A DNA stretch of 64,000 nucleotides from Eledone cirrhosa (GCA_964016885.1 OZ024760.1:16306001-16370000), one strand, 5' to 3'; positions 1-12,320 are shown, counted from the first letter of the stretch. Program-made: numbers and translations. Notes: a model not told the origin generated them from the sequence alone.

Positions 1-132
1 CACAGCCACATCGTACCCTCAGCGCCCCCAACTCTATTTCCAGAGAGAACTGCCTACACGCAAATTGTAAATAATATATAATAAATAATATATATACTAT
101 GTATAAATGAACATTATATATTATTTATTTAT

Positions 133-305
133 ATTGGTAGAAGGTCGGACGCCATGCTTTGTAGCATAGAGTTACGGCCCTTTATAATCTGAGTTCAAAT
201 CTCGCCGCGGTTAACTTTGCCTTTCACCCTTACGGGGTCGATAAAGTAAAGTACCAGTAATGCACTGGGGAAATTGCTGGCCTTGTGCCAAAAGTAGAAA
301 CAATT
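133..305 (+). mobile_element. tRNA-derived SINE family A
   Basis: B-box gagttcaaatc, core aactttgcctttca.ccttacggggtcgataaa..aaagtaccag, tail ggccttgtgccaaaagtagaaacaatt; many copies in the window. Confidence 0.8.
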
Positions 306-499
306 ATATATTATTTATTTTACTATATTTATATATGTATCATTTGATATTTGATATACTATTATATCATCTCTACCGCCCCCTTTAGCCCCCAGTACCC
401 CCTTTAGCCCCCAGTACCCCCTTAGGCACCAACGTCCCCTGGATTTTCTCAAGCCAGCACCCACTTAAAGAACTTCTACTGTACAATGCATGTAATTTT

Positions 500-650
500 A
501 CATCGTATCAACACAGTAAACTGTTATACAATAGCTATGTCCTCACATCGTATCAACACAGTAAACTGTTATACAATAGCTATGCCCTCACATCGTATCA
601 ACACAGTAAACTGTTATACAATAGCTATGCCCTCACATTGTATCAACAGA
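500..650. repeat. 45-bp minisatellite, about 3.3 copies
   Basis: catcgtatcaacacagtaaactgttatacaatagctatgccctca. Confidence 0.9.
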
Positions 651-709
651 TTATACCATATAATAACCTTGTTTCGTATCTTCAGATCGAGTCGACTGGC
701 TAACTTAAA

Positions 710-868
710 ATGGCTTCCACTCCAGCAAGAGAGTCAGGTTGTACTGTTTCGATGGAGTACACCCCGCCAACACCTCCGTTAACACCACAGAAACATAAAC
801 TACTAAGCAGCAACAATTCTTTGAATGTGAAGCAATCTCTCATTTCTGTTACTAGAAGCCAAGTCAAG
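710..868 (+). CDS. Orphan Ser/Pro-rich protein, coding exon 1 (MASTPARESG...SQVK)
   Basis: Acceptor ttcag at 681-685, in-frame TAA at 701-703 upstream of ATG 710, donor AAG|GTATGT at 869; phase 0 matches the next exon. Confidence 0.7.
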
Positions 869-892
869 GTATGTATATCTTCTGCATGTGTC

Positions 893-981
<89 letters not shown>

Positions 982-1119
982 TCACTTTGTTCCTTCTACA
1001 TGGAGTTGCGACCGATAGATAGTATTAGCAATTGGAAAGACCAACGGAAACATTGTTTCCTCGGTCCGATTTGACGAAAGTCGATCGTTCCTGCTATATA
1101 ATATATATATATATACACA

Positions 1120-1220
<101 letters not shown>

Positions 1221-1258
1221 ATATATATGCATATATATATATGTATATATATATATGC

Positions 1259-1290
<32 letters not shown>

Positions 1291-1308
1291 GCATATATAT
1301 ATATATGC

Positions 1309-1340
<32 letters not shown>

Positions 1341-1342
1341 GC

Positions 1343-1395
<53 letters not shown>

Positions 1396-1474
1396 GATGT
1401 TAAGAACAGCCAATCAGAAGTAAATATGGGTCACGTGGTCCATTCTAATATTATCCATCTACTTTTTTCGATAG

Positions 1475-1679
1475 GAATACAAGATGAGAAGAAGTAAACC
1501 AACTGACAAATATTCGTCATCATCATCACCACCACCATCATCCACATCATCATCATCATCATCATCAGCGCCTGAATGTTCCAGCAGACCCCGATCCGTA
1601 GATAGCATCATACCCAAAATCTACTCAGCAGCCCCTCCAATCACTTTAGTTTCCCCCCTTCATTCTATGTTGTCTCACG
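1475..1679 (+). CDS. Orphan Ser/Pro-rich protein, exon 2
   Basis: ttttttcgatag|GAA acceptor, CACG|GTAAGT donor, open frame, phase 0 to 1. Confidence 0.7.
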
Positions 1680-1696
1680 GTAAGTCACCCTTCATC

Positions 1697-1942
1697 ATAC
1701 AATTTATAACACACTTCGCCATTCAATACACAATTTATAACACACTTCGCCATTCAATACACAATTTATAACACACTTCATTATTCAATACACAATTTAT
1801 AACACACTTCGCCATTCAATACACAATTTATAACACACTTCATTATTCAATACACAATTTATAACACACTTCGCCATTCAATACACAATTTATAACACAC
1901 TTCGCCATTCAATACACAATGTATAACACACTTCATTATTCA
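1697..1942. repeat. 31-bp minisatellite, about 8 copies
   Basis: atacacaatttataacacacttcgccattca. Confidence 0.9.
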
Positions 1943-2621
1943 AGTGGATTGGCAATATCGGTAGAGAGTGGGACACCATGCTTTGAAGCATAGAGTTACG
2001 TCCCTTTATGATCTGAGTTCAAATCCCGCCGAGGTTACTTTTGCCTGACTGGGTCTAACGGTGTAGGGAAGATACTGTAAATATGATAGAGTTAAAACTG
2101 GGTCTAAAGGCACAAGAAAGATACTTTAGTTTAGATAGACTTCTGAATCGGTTTAAAGGTGTAGGAAAAATACATTAAGTTAGACAGGGTTAAAACTGGC
2201 TTTAACAGCACAGGAAAGATACTTTATGTTGGGCAGTATTCTGGCTGGGTTTATAGGTGTAGGGAAAATACATTAAGTTAGACAGGGTTAAAAATAGGTC
2301 TAACAACGCAAGAAAAATTCTTTACGTTCGGCAGACTTCTGACAGAGTAAAGTTTCGCAATGCATGGCGAGATCAGAGGAAATTGCAACATCAAATTTTG
2401 TCCCGTATATCTTTCACGTGTCGTCCATCAATGTTCCACAACATGGTGGTGATGGTCATAGGGGTCTAAGTTATCATTAACAACTAGGAGTGTAGAAGTT
2501 AAACGTTCAACATTTTAGTTTAAATTCTAATTTATGGATTTCAATAGCATTTTTATGTTACATGTTCTGTTGTAGTTTTGAATTTCGATTTTCATAGCAA
2601 ATGTTTTATTTCTAAATTCAG

Positions 2622-3820
2622 ACATGTTCGAAGAAGATGAAGACGAATACGATGATGAAGAAGAGAAAGAAACAAAGACCTTCAAGCTACAAGATCCACC
2701 GAAAAGAAAAGCAAGAGTCTTTTCGGAATTGCATGATACAGGAGATGAATTCGATTCTTCTCTGCAAAAATCGTCGCAGGAGGTCACCTCTGGCAGTCCT
2801 TCGCGAGCCAAAGGTCAGACGTCCATAACTCAGTTTATGATCCCTGCTTCACCTCAATATGGGACACGTCTAAGAAGTAAATCCTTCACTCAGTCACCCT
2901 TACCTCATTTCCCTTATACGAAACTGGTGCAGTCGCCTTGCACGCCTTCGAAATGTGCAAAAAGTAACGATGGCGGAAACTTCTTCTTTTCAGATCTGCC
3001 AGCGGGAGAATCAAACACGTTTGTCTTTCCTTCAGTTTCCTACTCCAAGACACCCCTCACTCCGTCCACTCCACCTTACCTTTCACACTACAAAAGCAAC
3101 AGAAAGCGATCGGTCGATATGAGTTCGATAAAAGACAAAGAAATCCTAGACGACTTCACAGATCTCAACATGGCGTCACCTTCACCGATATCAGTCGATA
3201 ATCGATCGGTTAGAGGACGATGTCGATCGACTCAAGACGAATCGGACTATTACAATATGGCAGCCAACCAATCGTCTGCTGTCACGCCGCCTTCGCCCCG
3301 TTTAGTGAAGAGTCTCTGCGAACGTAGAAAGACACCTTCAGAGGCATCAGTCTATAAAGACTGTTTTATGCGGACTTCATGTAGATGTCACGAGGAGAAC
3401 ACTTCCGCCGGATATAGCAACCGCAGTTATTGCAAGCAGGCGGACATATTGGAAGAAGATTCGTTGTTGTGCTCGACAGACAGAAACGTCGTTTGTCATG
3501 GACACAAAAACTCACAGGAATCTTGCCAACAAAAGATTAGGTTGGATCAAAGGTCGTGTTCAACGAAAGTATTCCGCAATTCTTTATCAGGTTTGGTTCC
3601 GATAGATTACATACACGACCCGGAACATCCGCTTCCGGATGACTTCCCCTACGAATCCACATTTGTACCGTCCTACGACAAGAAAGGTATATACAGGAAG
3701 GATGAGATTTATGACAGGATACAAACGTTAAAAGACGATAGTGAAGCTGGCAAGGTGATGTGTAGACGTTGGTCTAGCAAAGAAGCCACCCGTGGGCGTT
3801 CTGGTGATAACATGCATTGG
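2622..3820 (+). CDS. Orphan Ser/Pro-rich protein, large exon 3
   Basis: 402-aa non-repetitive ORF; ttcag|AC acceptor (phase 1), TGG|GTAAGT donor (phase 0). Confidence 0.85.
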
Positions 3821-4032
3821 GTAAGTCCATAAATATATATATATATATATTGATATATTGAGTAGAAATGTCCGTAATCTCCAGAAGACAACTGATGATG
3901 GGAAATGTCCCTCGTTTGTCCTTTCTTCTTATTTCTAAATACACTTTATCCAGTAACCACACAACCCCCTGTTTCTTCTATACATACATACATACATACA
4001 TACATACATACATACATACATACATACATACA

Positions 4033-4131
<99 letters not shown>

Positions 4132-4697
4132 GGAAATCAGTAAAATCGAATCTCTGGCGGTTTGCAAGTAAATTCGGCCTACTTATATGAAATGATGAGT
4201 TAGCAAAGCACTCGATAAGATAGGACCTTAGAGTAATAACATACGTTTAAATAGCTTGACAAATCGAACATTGTGGTAGGCTAAACCAACACACAATACA
4301 TACCAAAGCAACGATAGAACTAATCAGGTTGATATATATATATATATATATATATTTATTTATTTATTTATTTATTTTGCTCATGACAGGCTGAAGAAAT
4401 TGGGGCCCAGAACCCAACGAAACTTGAGTACCTGTTCTGTCACTGTTGTAATTATATATATCATCATCATCATCATCATCACCGTTTTACGTCCGTTCTT
4501 CCACGCTAGCATGGGTTAGACGGGTTGTCCTGTTGTGGGCAGTGTCTGGTCGGCTGACCATGCCTTGCTCATACAGGAACTGATCTATATATATATGTGT
4601 GTATGTATGTATGTACATGTGTGGAAGAGAGAGAGAGATTTTCTATTGATACCAATAAACCATGACTTCTATGTCGTCTCATTGTTTCTCTTCCCAG

Positions 4698-5373
4698 GAT
4701 TCCGATCTGTTGCCGTCATCGCCATCTCACAACGAGGCAGCTGCTCATCCATCCGCCATATTGCTACCGCCATCATCATCACCATCGTCCTTTAATCTCC
4801 ATCACACGTCACCAAAGCCTTCTCATCTGACGTCACGCCACGCAGCCGCATATTCTCATCCTGCAATCTCTCCAATCTCGAAAATGTCGCCTGCACACGC
4901 GCAGTCGTATCGCTCTTCTACGTCTTCCGGCGAGCGCCGCCTCGACCGCAGCAGTCAGACTTCGGAAGTTCTCTACGAAGAAGCATCCGGAAGTTCTTCT
5001 TGTCAACGTGAATATCTGTCGGCACTCCAGCCGGACCCATCGCTAGAAAGTTCGTCACTTTTACGTCGGCAACAATCTCAACTAATACCTTCTACCCAAA
5101 ACCCCTTCGTCTTTCCTTCTACCCAGCAAACTCATTCAACACCAATCAAGTCCCCGGCACTACCATCGCCAGCTCCATCATCGCATTCTCCGGCCAGTTT
5201 CCATCAGTCTCCCTGTCATATCAACTGTCCAAGGAGAAATTCCTCGTCTTCTTCTCCGTATGGCTGGCCATCATCCGGGGAAATGCCGTGTCATCAGTCA
5301 TGTGTTTATGACTACACAGATCGCCAACGGAACGAGGTGGCAAAAAGACGGTTGTTTTGCAGACAACCAGAAG
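4698..5373 (+). CDS. Orphan Ser/Pro-rich protein, exon 4
   Basis: ctcttcccag|GAT acceptor, GAAG|GTACGG donor, long open frame, phase 0 to 1. Confidence 0.8.
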
Positions 5374-5451
5374 GTACGGTTAGTTTTCCACCAGCAGTGT
5401 ATGTGCGTGAGTGTGCCTTTATATATGTATTTGTATATATATATATATATC

Positions 5452-5482
<31 letters not shown>

Positions 5483-5626
5483 ATAGGAAAAGAGTCAGGA
5501 CTCCGACGGCTGAGCTCCGGCCGTTTCGGGGTCCTGACTCTTTTCCTATTACCCACTCTACTAACCTAAGTATTGAGTACTCTGGTGTGTTACGGTCCAC
5601 CTAGTTCCTTATCACACATTCTTTGT
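5483..5626 (+). mobile_element. Family B fold-back element, short
   Basis: Inverted arms 5483-5549; shared body cctattacccactctac...gagtact. Confidence 0.6.
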
Positions 5627-5667
5627 ATGTATGTATACACACACACACATATATATATATATATATC

Positions 5668-5780
5668 GGGTGAAATATGGTGTCTTGCTCAAGGACATAA
5701 CGTATAGTTCGGTCTGGGAATCGAACTCACATCCTCACGATTGCGAATCCTATTCTGTAACCACTCAGCCACGTGCCTTC
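5668..5780 (-). mobile_element. Second tRNA-derived SINE (5' head); relatives near 19628-19732 and 13624-13850
   Basis: - strand gtggctgagtggtta...gagttcgattccc followed by tgtccttgagcaagacac. Confidence 0.6.
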
Positions 5781-5884
5781 ACAAATATGCATATCTATAT
5801 GTATATATGTGTGTGTACGTGCGTGTATACAATATTCTACACACCAATACAAAATATTATCTTTTGTTTTTCTCCCCTCATCAG

Positions 5885-6220
5885 AAGCCGAACACAGCTC
5901 CACAGATGGTGAAGCGAACATATGTTGTCATCATTTTCCTGGCGACCATCGTCTACACTACCCAGAATCCCCTTCATCATCATCGTCTTCCGGTCAACAT
6001 CGTAGATCTCATTACGACAGTGGTGACAGCCATTACTCTTTCGCGGGTCGATCACCGTCCTCACAACATCAAGTACCACCACCACCACCACCACCACCAC
6101 TTTCATCACCGTGCAATTGCTGCACAAGTCGCTGTAGCATGAGTCACAGTCACAACAGCCGATGTTGCATACAACGTTACCATACAGCACCTCCTGCCTA
6201 TTCACAAGATGACGATTATA
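5885..6220 (+). CDS. Orphan Ser/Pro-rich protein, exon 5 (His/Cys/Pro-rich, PPAY)
   Basis: Pyrimidine tract then catcag|AA acceptor, TATA|GTAAGT donor, 336 nt, phase 1 to 1. Confidence 0.75.
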
Positions 6221-6273
6221 GTAAGTAAACAATAGTTCTTTAAAACACAAAATTAAACATTAGTCATCTAACA

Positions 6274-6702
6274 CAGCCATGTCAAACATGCAGCCCTTTA
6301 GAAGCACACATGCAGCCCTTTAGAAGCACACATGCAGCCCTTTAGAAGCACACATGCGGCCCTTTAGAAGCACACATGCAGCCCTTTAGAAGCACACATG
6401 CGGCCCTTTAGAAGCACACATGCAGCCCTTTAGAAGCACACATGCGGCCCTTTAGAAGCACAAATGCGGCCCTTTAGAAGCACACATGCGGCCCTTTAGA
6501 AGCACACATGCGGCCATTTAGAAGCACACATGCGGCCCTTTAGAAGCACCCATGCAGCCCACACAAAGGTTTTTACAGCATGAGCATGTTTTATCTTCGT
6601 AAAGATTGTTGCAATGTGCACAATTAGTTGTCATGTGTGGCCCTCAAACAACACATATGTGAGCCATGCGGCCCTCGGGGGACCCTTAGTTTGACATGCC
6701 TG
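6274..6702. mobile_element. hAT (Charlie-like) MITE with an internal 22-bp tandem array
   Basis: TIR cagccatgtcaaac / gtttgacatgcctg, perfect 8-bp TSD atctaaca on both sides, about 12 copies of acacatgcRgccctttagaagc. Confidence 0.85.
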
Positions 6703-6756
6703 ATCTAACACATGGTGTTTATGATGCTGTTTGCTTACAAACAAACAGAATATTGA

Positions 6757-7130
6757 TAATTGTTTCTACTTTTGGCACAAGGCCAGCAATTACCCCAGTA
6801 TATAACTGGTACTTTATATTATCGACCCCGTAAGGATGAAAGGCAGAGCTAACCTCGGCGGATTTTGAAATCAGAAACGTAAAGGGCCGTAACTCTATGC
6901 TGGAAAGCAGGGTGTCCGACGCTCTACCGATTCTGCCAATCCAGGCACACGGCCAACACTTATAGGAGAGGAGAAAGACGGTTAAATTGACCCCAGTACA
7001 TTACTGGTACTTTATTTTATCAACCCCCGTACGGATGAAAGGCAAAGCTAACCTCAGCGGGATTTCAACTCAGAACGTAAAGGGCTGTAACTCTGTGCTA
7101 CAAAGCATGGTGTCTGGTGCCTTACTTCGT
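6757..7130 (-). mobile_element. SINE family A, two copies
   Basis: Reverse complement of the family consensus. Confidence 0.8.
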
Positions 7131-7217
7131 CTACTAATAATAACTACACGTTAATTAATTTCATTATCAAAGATTTAATGACGTCATTGTATTTGTTTTC
7201 TTTTTTTTTTTTTTCAG

Positions 7218-7225
7218 ATATATGA
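7218..7225 (+). CDS. Orphan protein, terminal coding exon (..NI*)
   Basis: Strong poly-T cag acceptor ending at 7217; phase 1 gives N-I-TGA; the joined CDS is 2583 nt (860 aa). Confidence 0.6.
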
Positions 7226-7424
7226 CAGAGGAAACCGAGAGTAGGTTCCCAGATAAACTATCAGGATCTCATTGGATATCTGAGCAGGGGTTGACTGGGT
7301 TTATTGGGGTCAACCAAGGACAACTGTGGGTGGAGGAGGGGCCAGGCAGCTATTGTGGTTTAACTGTGATTAACTGGTGTCAACTGGAAGAACATTTCAT
7401 AAAAACCCGCTGGAGAATAACTTG

Positions 7425-7460
<36 letters not shown>

Positions 7461-7584
7461 TATATATATACATATATATACACACACACACACATATATA
7501 TATATGTGTTTATATATATATATATACATATATATATATACACATATATATTTCTCTCTCTCTACTTTATATATATATATATAT

Positions 7585-7616
<32 letters not shown>

Positions 7617-7617
7617 A

Positions 7618-7685
<68 letters not shown>

Positions 7686-7959
7686 ATTTATATGTATATA
7701 TATATATATACATATATGCCCTAAGTTCAACTAGTGTATTAAGCTCTTGGTCCAACCTCAAATGCCCAGTTTTCTATAAGAATCTCCCATCTTCGTTAGC
7801 CCTGCATAATACACACACACACACACACACACAACCTTGTATAGGGCAGCAAGACAACAACGAACGACAGATATGTGACATAAGCATGATACCAACGTGA
7901 ACAACAACACAGCAAGGGGCAACTAACTCATGCAACATTTGGTACCTCACTTCGAAAAA

Positions 7960-7995
7960 AGTCTTCCCGGAAACGTGACGATGCGCATGCGCATT
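7960..7995. promoter_or_regulatory. Isolated NRF1 palindrome plus TTCCCGGAA and TGACG motif cluster
   Basis: TGCGCATGCGCA 7982-7993, TTCCCGGAA 7964-7972. Confidence 0.35.
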
Positions 7996-8333
7996 TTTGT
8001 TGTACTAGTTCCCTCTCTAAGGTTAACACACACTTTTTGCACAATATTTTAACTGCCAACAGATCCATTGCTGAACAATAACTTGAGAAAATAAAATACC
8101 AGTTAAATACTGGGTCGATTTAATCGACTTACCTCTCCCCCACCCCATAACTTGTTGGCCTTGTGCCTAAATCAGAAACCATTATTATTATTATTGTTGT
8201 TGTTATTATTATATATATATATATATATATGTAAATGTAGATCCATATATATATATGTAATTATACATATATATGTATATGTAAATAACTATATATATTT
8301 ATACACATATCTACATACATATGTATATGTAAA

Positions 8334-8423
<90 letters not shown>

Positions 8424-8881
8424 TATATATCTACACATATGTTAATATATATTAATGCTCATATATGTGTGTGTTTGAGAACATTCATTACACCCTCTCA
8501 AATTTTCTCAGTCTTTCTAACTTAAAAAAAACTGCCTGTTTTGATTTCTATAAACTTTAACGAGATCCGTTTAAGATTGAAATACGTATTTCTGATTAAA
8601 ATTCTATGATTTTTGTTATCTTCGTTACTAAGAAATAAATATGAAATAAGAAATAGTTTAAACACGATTTTACAGCTGAATTTTGGTGTTATTTATTGTT
8701 TTCGGGTTGGAACTTATGATGTTTACTATAGGCACAATGGCAGCAATTTGGGGCAAAATTGTGTGTATTAGAAGCTGTGTCAATGCGTATGTATATAATT
8801 GGATGTGAATATGAGTGTGCGTGTGTATTGTTGGCTGTGTGTATGTATGTCTAGTGGCTATGTACGTGTGTCGGAAATAAT

Positions 8882-9720
8882 TAATGTTTCTACTTTTGGC
8901 ACAAGGCAAGCAATTACCCAGTGCATTACTGGTACTTTATTTTATCGACCCCGTAAGGATGAAAGGCAAAGTTAACCTCGGCGGGATTTGAACTCAGACC
9001 ATAAAGGGCCATAACTCTATGCTGCAAAGCATGTTGTCCGACCCTCTACTGATACTGCCAATCTACCGGAAATAATTAATTGTTTCTACTTTTTGGCACA
9101 AGGCCAGCAATTACCCAGTGCATTACTGGTACTTTATTTTATCGACCCCGTAAGGATGAAAGGCAAAGTCAACCTTAGCGGGATTTGAACTCAGATCGTT
9201 AAGGGACGTAACTCTATGCTGGAAAGCATGGCATCCGACCCTCTACCGATACTGCCAATCCATAATTAATGTTTCTACATCAGGCACAAGGCGAACAATT
9301 TGAAGAGAAATGGGTAAGTCAATTAAATCGACCCCAGTGCATTACTGGTGCTTTGTTTTATCAAAAGACTGGTGTAGCGGTTCTGAGAACAATGCGGCTT
9401 TGCAGATGATCAATGCAAAAAAGGCGTTCTTGCTCGAGTTAGAAGAGAACTATTGACCTTCAGGGGAAGCAGCGACCCCTGATTGTATTCAGCAACCGAA
9501 AGAGATATGAAGTACACCAAATCCAATGTTCCTGGGGGTGGCCCTGGTTCTTCTTATTTGCGAGTGTAAACTCGGCTGGATTAGATTAGATAATCTATCG
9601 ACCCCGTAAGGAAGAAATGCAAAGCCAACTCCGGCGGGATTTAAACTCAGAACGTAAAGGGCCATAACTCTATGCTGAAAAGCATCGTGTCCGACGTTCT
9701 ACCGATTCTGCCAATCCAAC
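8882..9720 (-). mobile_element. SINE family A cluster (two tandem copies plus one split by a 230-bp insert)
   Basis: Copies at about 8882-9065, 9078-9262, and 9266-9363 plus 9596-9720. Confidence 0.8.
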
Positions 9721-9942
9721 ACCCTTAGGGCAGGAAATAAGGAAATATAAAATAAATTATCTTCCTATGAGAAAAATATAATAAATGGACCAATCAGAAT
9801 AAGGTTTGTTGAAATAAAACATTCTCAGACATCTTTAAAGTGATCTTTTGTGGGTTCTGTGGTGGGTGAAGTGGACACCGTGTGTTCGGTGGGCGGCACT
9901 GGCAGACGTACACACACATATATATATATAGAGAGAGAGAGA

Positions 9943-10209
9943 GGTAGAACACTGGAAGGTAATATCCGTAGTGGTAGAGCACTCAGTCCATGGAACGAGT
10001 GTAGTAGAAGTAGTAACACAACAGTTAGTTCACCATACCGAGAACAATTGTTTCACCTTTAGCGGATCTTCAGCTCGGACTGAACATCCGCATAAGGTGA
10101 AACAATTGTTCTCGGTATGGTGAACTAACTGTTGTGTTACCACTTCTACTACACTCGTTCCATGGACTGAGTGCTCTACCACTACGGATATTACCTTCCA
10201 GTGTTCTAC

Positions 10210-10210
<1 letters not shown>
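9943..10210. mobile_element. Fold-back (about 130-bp arms) Penelope-like terminal repeat inserted in (TA)/(GA) microsatellite
   Basis: Near-perfect inverted repeat with hammerhead cores at the centre. Confidence 0.7.
10038..10078 (-). ncRNA. Minimal type I hammerhead ribozyme (Penelope/retrozyme-like)
   Basis: - strand reads CCGAG CUGAAGA UCC-GCUAAA-GGU GAAA CAAUUG UU CUCGG: full core, 5-bp stem I, palindromic stem III. Confidence 0.75.
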
Positions 10211-10246
<36 letters not shown>

Positions 10247-10418
10247 CTCACAATATATACGTTCTAGTAATCGTGTAACTCAAAGTTTAGACTATGAAAG
10301 CTTAACTATAAAGATATATATATGTGTGTGTGTGTGATTAAGTCATTTCTATTATATATATATATAAATGCATATATACATTTATATATATATATATGTA
10401 TATATAGATATATATATA

Positions 10419-10615
10419 TATAACGAAGGAAATGTGGTAAGGAACCAGGTGGACCATAACGCACCAAAGTACTCAATACTTAGGGTAGTAGAGTGGGTAA
10501 TAGGAACGAGTAGGACCCCGACGGCTGAGCTCAAGCCGTTTCGACGGCTAATTCTGGACTGAATTAGCCGTCGAAACGGCTTGAGCTCAGCCGTCGGGGT
10601 CCTACTCGTTCCTAT
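10419..10615 (-). mobile_element. Family B fold-back element (hammerhead 3' half mirrored)
   Basis: 55-bp arms 10500-10615; homologous to 5483-5626 and 57649-57845; flanked by (TA)n. Confidence 0.65.
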
Positions 10616-11054
10616 ATATATATATATATATATATATACATTTATATATATATATATATACATTTATATATATATATATATACATTTATATATATTTGAG
10701 TGTGGATGTGTATATGTGCTTTTATGCGCATAAATGTGTGTGTGTATGTATATATATATATATATGTGTGTGTGTGTATGTGTGAGCATGTATATAATTA
10801 GGTTTTGGGGCAGGCGTGTGTGTGCGTGTGTGTGTGTGTGCATGTCCTATTTATTTCACGGCTGGCATTAACAATCAACGCCATTACAATGACAACACTA
10901 ATAATTATAATACACCACCGCCACCACTGTCATCAACACCACCGCCACCATCACCACCACCAGCACTACCCCCACCACCACCTGTTTAGTTGTTGCTCAT
11001 TTGTATTTCCCATTATATCACCTTGACAACAATGAACACATCCACATATATATG

Positions 11055-11095
<41 letters not shown>

Positions 11096-11159
11096 TTATA
11101 TATGTGTATGTTATATATATGTATGTGTGTATATATATATATATATGTGTGTGTATATA

Positions 11160-11197
<38 letters not shown>

Positions 11198-11261
11198 CAT
11201 ACATATATATGTATGTGTATATATATATATATGTGTGTGTGTATGTATATATATATATACA

Positions 11262-11292
<31 letters not shown>

Positions 11293-11751
11293 ATACTTAC
11301 ATATATATATACATATATACTTACATATATATATATATACATATACATATATACATACATACATACATATATACATATATTTATATATGTGAGTGTATGT
11401 GTCAGTGTGTGTGTATATACATTTCAATGTCAGCAGTTTTTCTCACGGTTATCGTTTCTGGTATATATGGTGATGGCTGTGTTGGTGGCCAAAAACAACA
11501 GACCATATATGGTGCCTACGGCTGTAATGGCGGTGTTACTAATTCAATCTTTGACAATCAGCTGGAATAGTCCTTCCGTGTGGTTGTCATGGCACCATGT
11601 TTGTTGTAACATATTTCCAACACCCCCTTAACTTGCTCCGCGCCAGGTTCTCGCCATATTGTACGAGGCCGCCGACACTTTCTTAACAGCTGACTCACTC
11701 AAATGTCGGCAGATGGCGTCAACCGCTAGTTTCATTATATTCTCAAAATTA

Positions 11752-12320
11752 AGGGCAGTGGATTGGCAGTATCGGTAGAGGGTCGGACGCCATGCTTTGC
11801 AGCAGAGAATTGCGGCTGTTTACGGTCTGAGTCTGAGTTCAAATCCCGCCGAGGTTTACTTTGCCTTTCATCGATAAAATTAAGTACCAGTAATGTACTG
11901 GGGGTCGAGTACAGTATCTAATAATTGTTTCTAATTTTGGCACAAGGCCAGCAACTATCCCAGTGTATTACTGGTAGCTTGTTATCAACCCCGTAAGGAT
12001 GAAAGGCAAAGTTACCCTCGGCGGGATTTGAACTCATCAGAATGGCAAGGGCCGTAACTCTATGCTGCAAAACATGGCGTCCGACGCTTTCCCCGATACT
12101 GCCAATCCACCGCCCTGGATATCTAATAATCGATTCTACTTTTGACACAAGGCCAGCAATTACCCCAGTGTATTACTGGTACTTTATTTTATCGACCCCG
12201 TAAGGATGAAAGGCAAAGTTAACCTCGGCGGGATTTGAACTCAGAATGGCAAGGGCCGTAACTCTATGCGTCAAAGGATGGCGTCCGACCTTCTACCTAT
12301 ACTGCCAATCCACCGCCCTG
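11752..12320. mobile_element. SINE family A cluster (one + copy, two tandem - copies)
   Basis: 11752-11905 (+), 11922-12115 (-), 12130-12320 (-); A-box tggcagtatcgg and B-box visible. Confidence 0.8.

Noticed and set aside
1020-1095. ttgg-aaaga-ccaa..GAAACATTGTT, a possible hammerhead remnant
   Set aside because: No CUGANGA core or stem I; too degenerate to support
5700-5780. tRNA-like A/B boxes (also in SINE family A heads)
   Set aside because: No complete cloverleaf was seen and they run into SINE bodies, so they are SINE heads rather than tRNA genes
7222-7734. 170-aa ORF after the last acceptor of gene 1
   Set aside because: Splice phase puts a stop at 7223-7225, and the ORF runs into microsatellite
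9828-9908. FCGG-TGA resembling a SelW-type CxxU selenoprotein motif
   Set aside because: Downstream residues do not match the Rdx family, and no compatible exons or SECIS were found
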